Positions 49,802 to 58,687 of a DNA stretch of 64,000 nt are shown one piece after another; positions within the stretch are counted from its first letter, which is position 1; each line of letters begins with the position of its first letter. The position numbers and the translations under genes were made by a program. The notes beneath the pieces were generated by a model. That model had not been told where the DNA came from. It saw nothing but the letters and a program-made list of their open reading frames with translations, and searched no databases. Origin of the DNA: an uncultured virus (IMG/VR IMGVR_UViG_3300022660_003376) (Duplodnaviria > Heunggongvirae > Uroviricota > Caudoviricetes); the IMG/VR virus record IMGVR_UViG_3300022660_003376, one strand, 5' to 3'.

Positions 49802-50650
49802 ATGGTTAGTAGAAAGAACCTAACCGTAGTTATAAAAACAGGGATAGTTGTACTTCTATCCCTGCTAAATTTTATATTTACAAGTACGGTAGTTTTAGTG
49901 AATGCAAGTAGTGACCCTTTAATACACATAAAAGTCGGTTCGGGTATCTCTCAGGTAAACAATATCTTTAGTGAGATAAACAGTATCTGTAGAGATAACG
50001 GCTTAACAGCATTTGCAACAGTTTACGCATCATCAGACCCGAATGCAGGTATCGCAGTTGCTGAAGGTGAGTGTGTTATACAGTTACACATGGTAAATTA
50101 CAAGGCTTGGACTAGTGATAACAAGAAACTTATCATGGGCGAGACTTTGAATAAGATAAATAACAGTTCGCTACCTCAGCGTATACGCTTAAAGTTATAT
50201 AACTTTGTGGCAGAGCAGGATAATGCAACATCTGCGTTAGTGAGACAGTTATCACAAGATGTAAATGCCGATTATGCAACAGCGTACACATGGTTCAAAC
50301 CATTTACAGGCGGTATAAGTACAGTATTTGGGGTACTGACACTGGCAATTTTCACGTTCATAGCGTTTACTATGATACTTGACTTAGGCTATTTAGTATT
50401 GCCTTTCTTTCGGTTATGCTTAGATAGGACAGATGGCAAGAAACCGAAGGTAGTATCTAACGAGGCATTTAAGGCATTGCAGGAGGCTGAGCAAGGAAAT
50501 ACTGAAGGAAAGCAAGTAGTAGGTATATACTTTAAGAACAAAACAGTTCAGTTGTTTATATTGATGCTTTGTCTGACATATTTGGTCGGTGGTAAGATTT
50601 ATACATTAATAGCATGGCTTGTTGATAGTTTTCAGAGTGCCATTGGATAG
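49802..50650 (+). CDS. VirB2-like membrane protein paralog 3
   Basis: LDLGYLVLPFFR / KVVSNEA / YFKNK; clear paralog of 48941. Confidence 0.5.
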   Translation: MVSRKNLTVVIKTGIVVLLSLLNFIFTSTVVLVNASSDPLIHIKVGSGISQVNNIFSEINSICRDNGLTAFATVYASSDPNAGIAVAEGECVIQLHMVNYKAWTSDNKKLIMGETLNKINNSSLPQRIRLKLYNFVAEQDNATSALVRQLSQDVNADYATAYTWFKPFTGGISTVFGVLTLAIFTFIAFTMILDLGYLVLPFFRLCLDRTDGKKPKVVSNEAFKALQEAEQGNTEGKQVVGIYFKNKTVQLFILMLCLTYLVGGKIYTLIAWLVDSFQSAIG

Positions 50651-50679
50651 AAAGCGAGGAAATATAAGATGTTTAAAAG

Positions 50680-51018
50680 ATGTTTAAAAATGAAACTTTG
50701 AGTTTAAGTTGTAAGGTACTGTATGTGGCATTACTTATAGCAGAGATTATAAACGTAAGGGTATTCGGAGCAGAGATAAGTACAGGGTTTAAGGCGTTCT
50801 TCCTTTTCGGGTGTCTGTATTTTGCTGTGGCAATGTTTGTAGACCTTGCTTTTATAGTAGTAGGAAGTGGTGCTAAGGGAAAGCCTTTCGGTGTATCTCG
50901 TGATGCGTATGCATGCAAGATTAACAATGCTACACAAAAGAGTGCGTTATCTGCTTATACACAGAAGCGTGTACCTGTAGTGTTTTACTTGATAGCGTTA
51001 TTGCTTATCTGCTTGTAA
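50680..51018 (+). CDS. Short divergent paralog 4 of the same membrane protein family
   Basis: VDLAFIV / KPFGVSRDA / YTQKR. Confidence 0.5.
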   Translation: MFKNETLSLSCKVLYVALLIAEIINVRVFGAEISTGFKAFFLFGCLYFAVAMFVDLAFIVVGSGAKGKPFGVSRDAYACKINNATQKSALSAYTQKRVPVVFYLIALLLICL

Positions 51019-51044
51019 TACACAAATAAATAAGACAGCATGAG

Positions 51045-51099
51045 TAACTAGGTAGTAGGATAGAGTTTAAGTTATATCCTAACTGCCTAGTTATTTTTT
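51045..51099 (+). terminator. Intrinsic terminator
   Basis: taactaggtagt-aggata / tatcct-aactgcctagtta followed by T tract. Confidence 0.7.
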
Positions 51100-51143
51100 G
51101 ATTTATATATTATATTATGTAAATCAATATAAAGGAGGAAACT

Positions 51144-54100
51144 ATGGGTAGTTTTAAGAAGAAACAAAAGAGATTACTGTCTGGGGTACTGAGTACTTTA
51201 GTAGGATTATCTATTCTTCCGAACATGAGTTTGGGGACGGTTCACGCTGACTCCACAGATAGATTGGCAGTCAATATAAAGTGGGCACAGAATAAAGGTT
51301 TTGAAGATATGTTGGATGAGGATTTATCAGGGTATACAAGTGAAGACTTGAGAATGATTGGTGTTTTCTTATCCAACTTCTATTCTCCATTCAGTACTTG
51401 CATTGGTAAGTCGGATACAACTGGTGCGGAAGAGACAATGAAAAACATGGTTGATGCTTTAACAGACCAGTGTAATTTCGAGCAGGACGTTGCAGAGCAT
51501 TTCGTAAAGCTGATATGGGATATGAGTTCCGAGACTGTGAAACCGTTGTATTTTGCGAAGATAAATGATAATGTGTCAGGTAAGGATAGTGCAGGCGATT
51601 ATGCAGGTGATAAAAACATCATAGAGTCTGAACATTTGGTTAAGGACATAAGTGTTAATAACATAGTTACACCTAATGCAGATGGCTTGGTTGAGGCGAC
51701 TATGTATAATTTTCTGTTATTCACAGCAGGAAGTTTAGGAGACTCACAGCCCTTAGCTGATTTTACAAAAGATTATGGTGGGGTAGACGATTATGATGCA
51801 GACATACATAGTGGTTTTAAGTCTTTTGCGATGTTTTGGCAGGATGATGCTAAGAAAGACCACATTGTATGGTCTAACACAGTCGGTTCTCCAAAAAATA
51901 AAAATAAAAAGGGTAATTTGTTTACGGCTTCAACAATAGCATACGGAATTCTAAACGATAAGTTATCTTACGATTATGGCTTAGGTGGTTCAAGTGTGTT
52001 GGCAGTTGATTTGGAAACATACGAGGACTTATCTGAGAAAGACCAGGAATTAACTTGGATAATGAATTCAAAGCTGTATGTAGACTGCTTTGGTAACATA
52101 ATAATGGACAATGGGGTATTGCAGACGGTAGTATTACCAGCCTGTCAGAACCCTTATGCATGGTATGATTATGCATCGGGTGTTGAGAGTGCTGGTAAAT
52201 ACGTTAATATGTGTAATCTCTACATGTTAGGTGAAGCTTCAGAGGGTCATATAGAACTAAAGGATAAAAACATATGGGATTTAACAGCAGACCCAGAAGG
52301 TGTGTACAACAGTAGTACGCCTGTACCATCAACAATACCTAAAGAGCACATAGAGTATGAGTTCTACGCAGGTAAGTGTTCATTATTTAATCTTGATAAG
52401 TTTAGACTGTATTACGGTAGGACAAAAACTGAGGTTGATACTACATTTGGACCTTTTAACTCCGAGATGAGTGAACGTCAGAAGGCTATTTTCGGTAAGA
52501 ATGGCTATTTCTCTGTTGAAGCAGGTGGGGAGGCTTACGAGTTTATGTCGTGGCACTGTTTTGCAGATGGTGCATGGTCAGGCAAAGACTACAGGTCACC
52601 TAGAAATTTTGACTTTGGTGGTGATGAAAGTATTAAATGGTATGACCCTTGGTTTTATAAGGGTACTTTCAATGATTTGGTTATTATAGATAGTATTAAT
52701 GCTTTCGAGAAAGACTCTAGTACTATAAAGACAACTACGGTATTTGGTCACGATGGTGAGGTATTAGGTGGAAACACATTACCTAGTCCGACATTCAGCA
52801 ACATAAAAGAGAGAAATGCTTTTACTAAGTTATCGGGTTCATCTTCGAAGGCATATCTTACATCTATATTTTTATCATATGTATATGCTTACTATGATGA
52901 TTCCACAGGTGAAGACAGAAAAGTATCTTGGGCATACAATAAAGAAGCATTCCCTGAGATAAAAGGAGAAATTGATTGGTCTGACATTGAGATTAGTACA
53001 AATAAGCTATACGATGAAACATTGTCTTTAACTAATATGTATTTGAACCCGACTGAAAATGACGGTATATTCAAGGTATGGTTCAAAAACAAATTGACAG
53101 CAGTGCTTGTAGGTTGTCATGAGGATATGGTAGGTAAGACAAGTGCTGTAAGTACAACGGGTTCAACGAAGTATGTAGGCTTTTCGGGGTATGTTACACT
53201 ACCTAATCTTGATGACTTAGAATGGACGGCATTCTTACTAGGTATGTATGATAACTTAGTTGTATATTTTATTATAATAATGCTGTTAATCCTCTTAGGA
53301 TACAAGATGCTTGGCTCTATAACATGGCAGGGCTTCATGTTAAGTGGTTTGTTATTCGCATTTTGTGCATACTTGCCACCAAGATTGATAAATGCTACAG
53401 TTGATGGTTCAAACACTATATGCAATGCTTTCTATGGTGATAAATTCACATATTGGGCGTTAGTACAGCATGAGCAATACGTAAGTGCTATTAATTCAGC
53501 TATAGAAGAGGATAATGAGTGGAGTTATCTTGCTTCTGTATTTAAGGAGCAGGCGAAGGACTCAGCTGAAAATTATGCATTGGTTACTGTAAGATGGCAG
53601 TGCCCGAAGAAAGAAAACTATTGGGCAGATGTAAAAGAAGAATTATCAGATGTATCTAATGGCAGAATAGATAAATTTGTTATGCCGTTTGCTAGGGATA
53701 CTGTAGACGGTGAGACTTATACAGATGTCGCAAACAATCAGTACTTATATCGTAGTTATACAGACTTAGGTACTTATGCGAATTCCTTATATAAGAATGG
53801 TGCAATGGTGTCATTAAATGGGGTAGGCGATAGGTTTAACAGCACTACGACTGGTATATCGTTTAATGGTTTGCGTGAGAGTTTATTATCTAGAGGTTTT
53901 ACTGGTACTAAGTTTAATACAGACGCAAAGAACAAGTGGATACAGGCATATCGTGAACCATATCTTACAGATGGTTCAGCGTTAGGTGTAACAACATACT
54001 CTGAGTATGGCACAAGAACTGCAACATCTATTTTGGATTCAATATATCTTGGTTTTACCTTTGATACGGCTAGAACTGATGACAGATTGGTAAGAAACAA

Positions 54101-56468
54101 TATTGCTTATATATCGGATTCAGATAGGTTTAAAACAAATAGAAGAATGCTTGATTTCTCTTACAATGCTTCAGTCAATACAGCTTGGGAGCGAGGTTTG
54201 GCTGATGTAAATACAGCAGGCGTTGGTAGGGATTACATAGCGTTTAATGAGGTATATGGTGTACCGTTGAGTGCATTTAATACTACATTAGCTAAAGTAA
54301 ACGGTAGAGGAGACGGCTCACTTGGGGGTACTTCTGTTGAAGAGTTTAAGAAGGATTCAGATGTAGCATCTCTGGTATTTGCAAATTATACTGAGTCACC
54401 GTTTATGTACTTTAGTTATAATCTGAATGACCAATTATCCTCTGCTTCACTAAGAGGTGAGGCATCAACATATAAGGATTTATTCTTATTACCTGACGGT
54501 AGTTACTTCTATAATATGCTTACTACTAATTCAGATGGTACAGTTTCGAGTACAAACTCTGGAAAACCTGCGAGTGACGGCTTTGGTGAGTTACGTGACT
54601 TCATGGATATAAGAACATTGTTTTATGTGGTAATACCATACTTAAGAAGTATAAATGATGTTGTGCTTCAGTATGATGAAACTTATGGTTTATTTATGTA
54701 TGATGGTGTTGAGTTGGAGTATGACTCTGATAACAACATTATTTTACCTGAGGAGTTAAAGGATAATCTTACTTCGATTCCATACGGAGCATCATCCGAG
54801 AACGGCAATGGCGGTGAAGCGTATTATAAGTATATACACAATTGGGAAGTAGCTCAGTTATTGAATATGTATACACCTTGGGTAGACATTATGTATGACT
54901 GTGAGTACTCAGAGGGCGAAACAATATATGTTCTTGGCGAGGAGTTTTATGTAGCAGACCCATTAGACCCATTGTCATATTACGAACAGGATATTGATGG
55001 TGAGATTATAGCAGGGCGTGAAATGATTTTCTCTCGTTCCGAGATGGCTTACTTCGGCTTACGCATGGAAGATTTAACTCAGGTAGAACAGAAAATCATA
55101 ACTTTAAACGATAATTGTTATGCTGAATTGTTGCAAATTCTTGATTATTATAATTTCCAGCCCGAAGTGCTAAATACTGCAATTGCGATGCTTGAGACAT
55201 TTGAGTTCAATCGTTTGTTTAGCGAAACTTCACTTATAGGTAAAGACCATGTGCTTTATCCGCAGAACTATGAACTTAAGAACTTCAGTTATGACGCTTA
55301 CTTACGTTTAATCCTTGCAGGCTCTACAGGTCATGATTTAAGTAAGATTGATGAAGCTGATATATACACAACAGTAGTTAAGAACAGCAGTGTTCTTACA
55401 GGTGCTTTATTTGTAGTACTTGATTTGTTTGCTGTATATGCAATACCAGCGTTAAAACTATTCTTTGTGCTTGCAATATTCTTCATAGGTATTTTGATGA
55501 TATTAGTTGCATCAATTAAACTCGAAGTTAAGATATCATCGGCTTTGATGGATAGCTTGGTTAAGCCGTTGGTGAAATTCTTCGGAGTTACAGTGGGTAT
55601 GGCTTGGTTAGTTTCGTTGTTTATGTACGATGGAAACACCGCAGTTACTGGCAGAGCAACACGAGTTATCAGTCTAGGCGACCCAACGATGGTTACATTG
55701 CTTATGTTAATCTTAAATATCGCTGTGTTAGTTCTTTATTTTGAGATATGTAGGTCAGTATTTAAGGATTGCTTAAAATATGCAAAAGCAGTGGGTACTT
55801 CAATCAGTGGTACTATTGCAGGTGTAGGTTCAATGCTTAATGTAGGTAGACATATAGGTAGACAGATACAGCATAGTGCTGATAGAGCGACTATGAGAAA
55901 GTTTTTGAAAGATGGTGCTAAAGGTGGTTCTGATGGTTCAGCATCGGGTGGTTCAGCATCAGGTGGTTTGGGTAGTGTAGGCTCTGCTATAGGTTCTGGG
56001 GTATCTAAGATGACTGCAAAAATACCTGAACGCAAAGCAGAAACTGTCGGTGATAATAAGTATAACAGAAAGATTGCAAGGGCAAAAGAAAAGTACGATA
56101 GCAAGCTTTCAAAGGGCACAGACAAACTTGTTAAGAGGGAGGATGTTAATAACAGGCGTAATGACTTGAGAAATGCGTTACGTACTCACAGTAATGATAC
56201 ATCTATAAATCCTATACAGCGTAAGCTGTATGGAAAACGTGCTGATTTTCTCGATAAACGTCAGGCAAGAGGTGAAGCAAAGCTTGAGAAGAAGTATAAC
56301 AGGCTTGAGACTAAAGACTCTAGCAGAAGTGCTCGTCTTGAGAAGAAGATGCAGAAATACAACAGTAAGAGTGTTAAGAGAGATAATACTCTTGCTCGTA
56401 GAAGTGAAATTAAGTCTGCTTCAAAAGCGTATAAAGACGCTAAGAAGATGAAGTTAGGTAAGAAGTAA
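51144..56468 (+). CDS. Very large polytopic membrane protein (VirB6/TraG-like channel or mating-pair component)
   Basis: Signal peptide, two large extracellular regions, two TM clusters, Gly-rich then Lys/Arg-rich C-terminal tail; upstream of hydrolase and VirB4-like genes. Confidence 0.5.
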   Translation: MGSFKKKQKRLLSGVLSTLVGLSILPNMSLGTVHADSTDRLAVNIKWAQNKGFEDMLDEDLSGYTSEDLRMIGVFLSNFYSPFSTCIGKSDTTGAEETMKNMVDALTDQCNFEQDVAEHFVKLIWDMSSETVKPLYFAKINDNVSGKDSAGDYAGDKNIIESEHLVKDISVNNIVTPNADGLVEATMYNFLLFTAGSLGDSQPLADFTKDYGGVDDYDADIHSGFKSFAMFWQDDAKKDHIVWSNTVGSPKNKNKKGNLFTASTIAYGILNDKLSYDYGLGGSSVLAVDLETYEDLSEKDQELTWIMNSKLYVDCFGNIIMDNGVLQTVVLPACQNPYAWYDYASGVESAGKYVNMCNLYMLGEASEGHIELKDKNIWDLTADPEGVYNSSTPVPSTIPKEHIEYEFYAGKCSLFNLDKFRLYYGRTKTEVDTTFGPFNSEMSERQKAIFGKNGYFSVEAGGEAYEFMSWHCFADGAWSGKDYRSPRNFDFGGDESIKWYDPWFYKGTFNDLVIIDSINAFEKDSSTIKTTTVFGHDGEVLGGNTLPSPTFSNIKERNAFTKLSGSSSKAYLTSIFLSYVYAYYDDSTGEDRKVSWAYNKEAFPEIKGEIDWSDIEISTNKLYDETLSLTNMYLNPTENDGIFKVWFKNKLTAVLVGCHEDMVGKTSAVSTTGSTKYVGFSGYVTLPNLDDLEWTAFLLGMYDNLVVYFIIIMLLILLGYKMLGSITWQGFMLSGLLFAFCAYLPPRLINATVDGSNTICNAFYGDKFTYWALVQHEQYVSAINSAIEEDNEWSYLASVFKEQAKDSAENYALVTVRWQCPKKENYWADVKEELSDVSNGRIDKFVMPFARDTVDGETYTDVANNQYLYRSYTDLGTYANSLYKNGAMVSLNGVGDRFNSTTTGISFNGLRESLLSRGFTGTKFNTDAKNKWIQAYREPYLTDGSALGVTTYSEYGTRTATSILDSIYLGFTFDTARTDDRLVRNNIAYISDSDRFKTNRRMLDFSYNASVNTAWERGLADVNTAGVGRDYIAFNEVYGVPLSAFNTTLAKVNGRGDGSLGGTSVEEFKKDSDVASLVFANYTESPFMYFSYNLNDQLSSASLRGEASTYKDLFLLPDGSYFYNMLTTNSDGTVSSTNSGKPASDGFGELRDFMDIRTLFYVVIPYLRSINDVVLQYDETYGLFMYDGVELEYDSDNNIILPEELKDNLTSIPYGASSENGNGGEAYYKYIHNWEVAQLLNMYTPWVDIMYDCEYSEGETIYVLGEEFYVADPLDPLSYYEQDIDGEIIAGREMIFSRSEMAYFGLRMEDLTQVEQKIITLNDNCYAELLQILDYYNFQPEVLNTAIAMLETFEFNRLFSETSLIGKDHVLYPQNYELKNFSYDAYLRLILAGSTGHDLSKIDEADIYTTVVKNSSVLTGALFVVLDLFAVYAIPALKLFFVLAIFFIGILMILVASIKLEVKISSALMDSLVKPLVKFFGVTVGMAWLVSLFMYDGNTAVTGRATRVISLGDPTMVTLLMLILNIAVLVLYFEICRSVFKDCLKYAKAVGTSISGTIAGVGSMLNVGRHIGRQIQHSADRATMRKFLKDGAKGGSDGSASGGSASGGLGSVGSAIGSGVSKMTAKIPERKAETVGDNKYNRKIARAKEKYDSKLSKGTDKLVKREDVNNRRNDLRNALRTHSNDTSINPIQRKLYGKRADFLDKRQARGEAKLEKKYNRLETKDSSRSARLEKKMQKYNSKSVKRDNTLARRSEIKSASKAYKDAKKMKLGKK

Positions 56469-56470
56469 CG

Positions 56471-57475
56471 ATGAGTGTTCTTTTAACGATATTAGGATTT
56501 ATATTAACATTTCCACTTAAAGCAAGCATCAAGGTATTACAGCATAAGCTAAATCAGGTAGATACTGAGGCAGTTGCAGATAAGTTCATAGCTTCACGTT
56601 TAGGTAAGAAAGTTACTAAGACTGGTGGCACTCGAAACAAGAGTGCCACTGGTAAGAGTGAAGATTCAAAAAGTAAATTAGTTAAAGTACTAAAGTTTAC
56701 GATAGCTAGGTTGCAGAGATTATTAAAACTCATAAAAACTGTGACTACAATATCTCAGGTAATAGATATACTTATAGTTATAGTTATAGCTTTGTTGGTG
56801 TTGTTTTTACTTTCGATGATTACCACCGTGGTTATGTTTGTACAAGACGATAAGACGGAGGAAAAGTTTTCTGACGATAATGACATAAGCATAGTACAGC
56901 GTATAGAAACTGATGAAGATGACGAAGACACATCTGAAACTGATGTAGACGGTAGTGACAGTGAAAGTAGCAAGCGACAGGAGTGGATAAAGAACTGCTC
57001 TCGACTGGGTACTTGGTATGCACAAAACATAAAGACTTATCAAGGTAACACATCTGGTAGAGTCGGTACAAGAAAAGGGTATCTTTGTCCGTTGATTAAA
57101 GGCTCAGATGGGCATACTGTGACGGTATACGATGATTGCTCTGCGTTTGTTACAGCTTGTTTGCAGTTGTCAGGCTATTATAGAACTGGAGGCACTGTGT
57201 ATTGCTCTTATGATTATTTAAAGGGCGGTAAGGGTGCTAAGGTACTAGAGAGTGCAGGGTTTGAGCATATAGGAAATCTTGCAAGAAACAAAGCAACACT
57301 TAAGCGTGGCGATATTTTGGCTATTGCAGGGCATGTTGAGATATTCAGTCATTATTCGGATGATTATATTTATTCATGGTCATGGGGTGCGATATATTCA
57401 AGTTTACCTGTTAAGAGGTCTAGGGTAGATAAGGGGTATCAGTACACTGACATATGGAGATTGAAGGAGGGCTAA
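56471..57475 (+). CDS. Membrane-anchored NlpC/P60 / CHAP-type cell-wall hydrolase (VirB1 analogue)
   Basis: YDDCSAFV, RGDILAIAGHVEI, SWG catalytic Cys/His motifs. Confidence 0.75.
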   Translation: MSVLLTILGFILTFPLKASIKVLQHKLNQVDTEAVADKFIASRLGKKVTKTGGTRNKSATGKSEDSKSKLVKVLKFTIARLQRLLKLIKTVTTISQVIDILIVIVIALLVLFLLSMITTVVMFVQDDKTEEKFSDDNDISIVQRIETDEDDEDTSETDVDGSDSESSKRQEWIKNCSRLGTWYAQNIKTYQGNTSGRVGTRKGYLCPLIKGSDGHTVTVYDDCSAFVTACLQLSGYYRTGGTVYCSYDYLKGGKGAKVLESAGFEHIGNLARNKATLKRGDILAIAGHVEIFSHYSDDYIYSWSWGAIYSSLPVKRSRVDKGYQYTDIWRLKEG

Positions 57476-57476
57476 T

Positions 57477-58556
57477 ATGAAACCAGAGCGTGATGATGAG
57501 ACTATTCGATTACCTGTTACATTCGACTATCACGGGGGTAGAGCAGATAATACAAAGAGTAATGTTATAGTTGGTCTAGTTTTATTTGTAATATCTGTAT
57601 TTTTGACGGTTATGTTCTTGAGAAACAAGAACAATCCGTTTACAACCAGATTATTAATGGTTGGTGCAGTTTGGTTAATATATACTGTATTTTTGAGGTT
57701 TAAGTTACTGAGGGAAAGTACCTATAGTGATGCATACGAGACTCTTAAAGAGGTGGATAATATTCCAGATACGAGTTCATTTTGGAACATATATGAGATA
57801 GATGATGTTTATCCTTATGTATGTCATTTTAAGAATGGTCTTGCAGGCGTGTTTATTCGTCTTGAACGAGATGTGGTTGTTGGTAAGCCAGACGACTTAG
57901 CGTATACACATTACGAGGCTATATCTGATGCATACAACGCAGCAGGCTCGTTAAGTATAAACATGGTTCACATAGACTACATGGATAACGTAGGTAACGA
58001 TACAAGAATGCAGAGCAGATATGATAGCTTAGATAATTGCACTAACCCTGATATGCGAGAGGCGATGCTTTCAATATATGCAAACTTACAGGATGATATG
58101 TCGCAGTATTACACGAGTTATGATGTGTATTTGTTCACAACAAAGTTAAAGCAAGACCAGTTGTGGTACAATGTAAAGACTGTAATAGACCGTTTCTTAG
58201 GTGGCAACTATGTATCATACAGTGCTTTAGATATTGATGGTATAAGGTCAACATGTGTAGCTTTATTTAATCTTACTGAGTTTTCTGCAATTGAGGCTTG
58301 TGAAAACACAGTCAAAGGTAAGAGACTCAGGGGTATTGTTCCAATAAGGCTTGAGAATAACGATGGTGTGAGAGAGTTAGGAAAAACTCAGGAGCAGATA
58401 CGTCAGGAACGCTTAGAAGCTGATAGGGCGAAGGCTGAGAAAAAGAATAGGTTATGGAATTTATCAAAAGGTAAGTCGGTGTCTGTGCAGAAGGTTGGAG
58501 ATAAACCTACAAGTGATAGCAACGATACAGATGATATCGATTTAGATGTATTCTAA
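57477..58556 (+). CDS. Two-TM conjugation-associated membrane protein (VirB3/PrgI-like position)
   Basis: Two N-terminal TMs plus cytoplasmic domain, between hydrolase and VirB4-like genes. Confidence 0.4.
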   Translation: MKPERDDETIRLPVTFDYHGGRADNTKSNVIVGLVLFVISVFLTVMFLRNKNNPFTTRLLMVGAVWLIYTVFLRFKLLRESTYSDAYETLKEVDNIPDTSSFWNIYEIDDVYPYVCHFKNGLAGVFIRLERDVVVGKPDDLAYTHYEAISDAYNAAGSLSINMVHIDYMDNVGNDTRMQSRYDSLDNCTNPDMREAMLSIYANLQDDMSQYYTSYDVYLFTTKLKQDQLWYNVKTVIDRFLGGNYVSYSALDIDGIRSTCVALFNLTEFSAIEACENTVKGKRLRGIVPIRLENNDGVRELGKTQEQIRQERLEADRAKAEKKNRLWNLSKGKSVSVQKVGDKPTSDSNDTDDIDLDVF

Positions 58557-58565
58557 GATTTAAAT

Positions 58566-58601
58566 GCAGGATTTCAGTATTAAAAGAAATCCTGTATTTT
58601 T
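58566..58601 (+). terminator. Intrinsic terminator
   Basis: gcaggatttc/gaaatcctgt followed by T tract. Confidence 0.7.
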
Positions 58602-58687
58602 GTCTATTTCTTAGGTTTTTTATTGATATAAAGGATAGAAATAGCGAGTTAAAAATAATTCTATATATTGGCTAGGAGGTTAGAACT

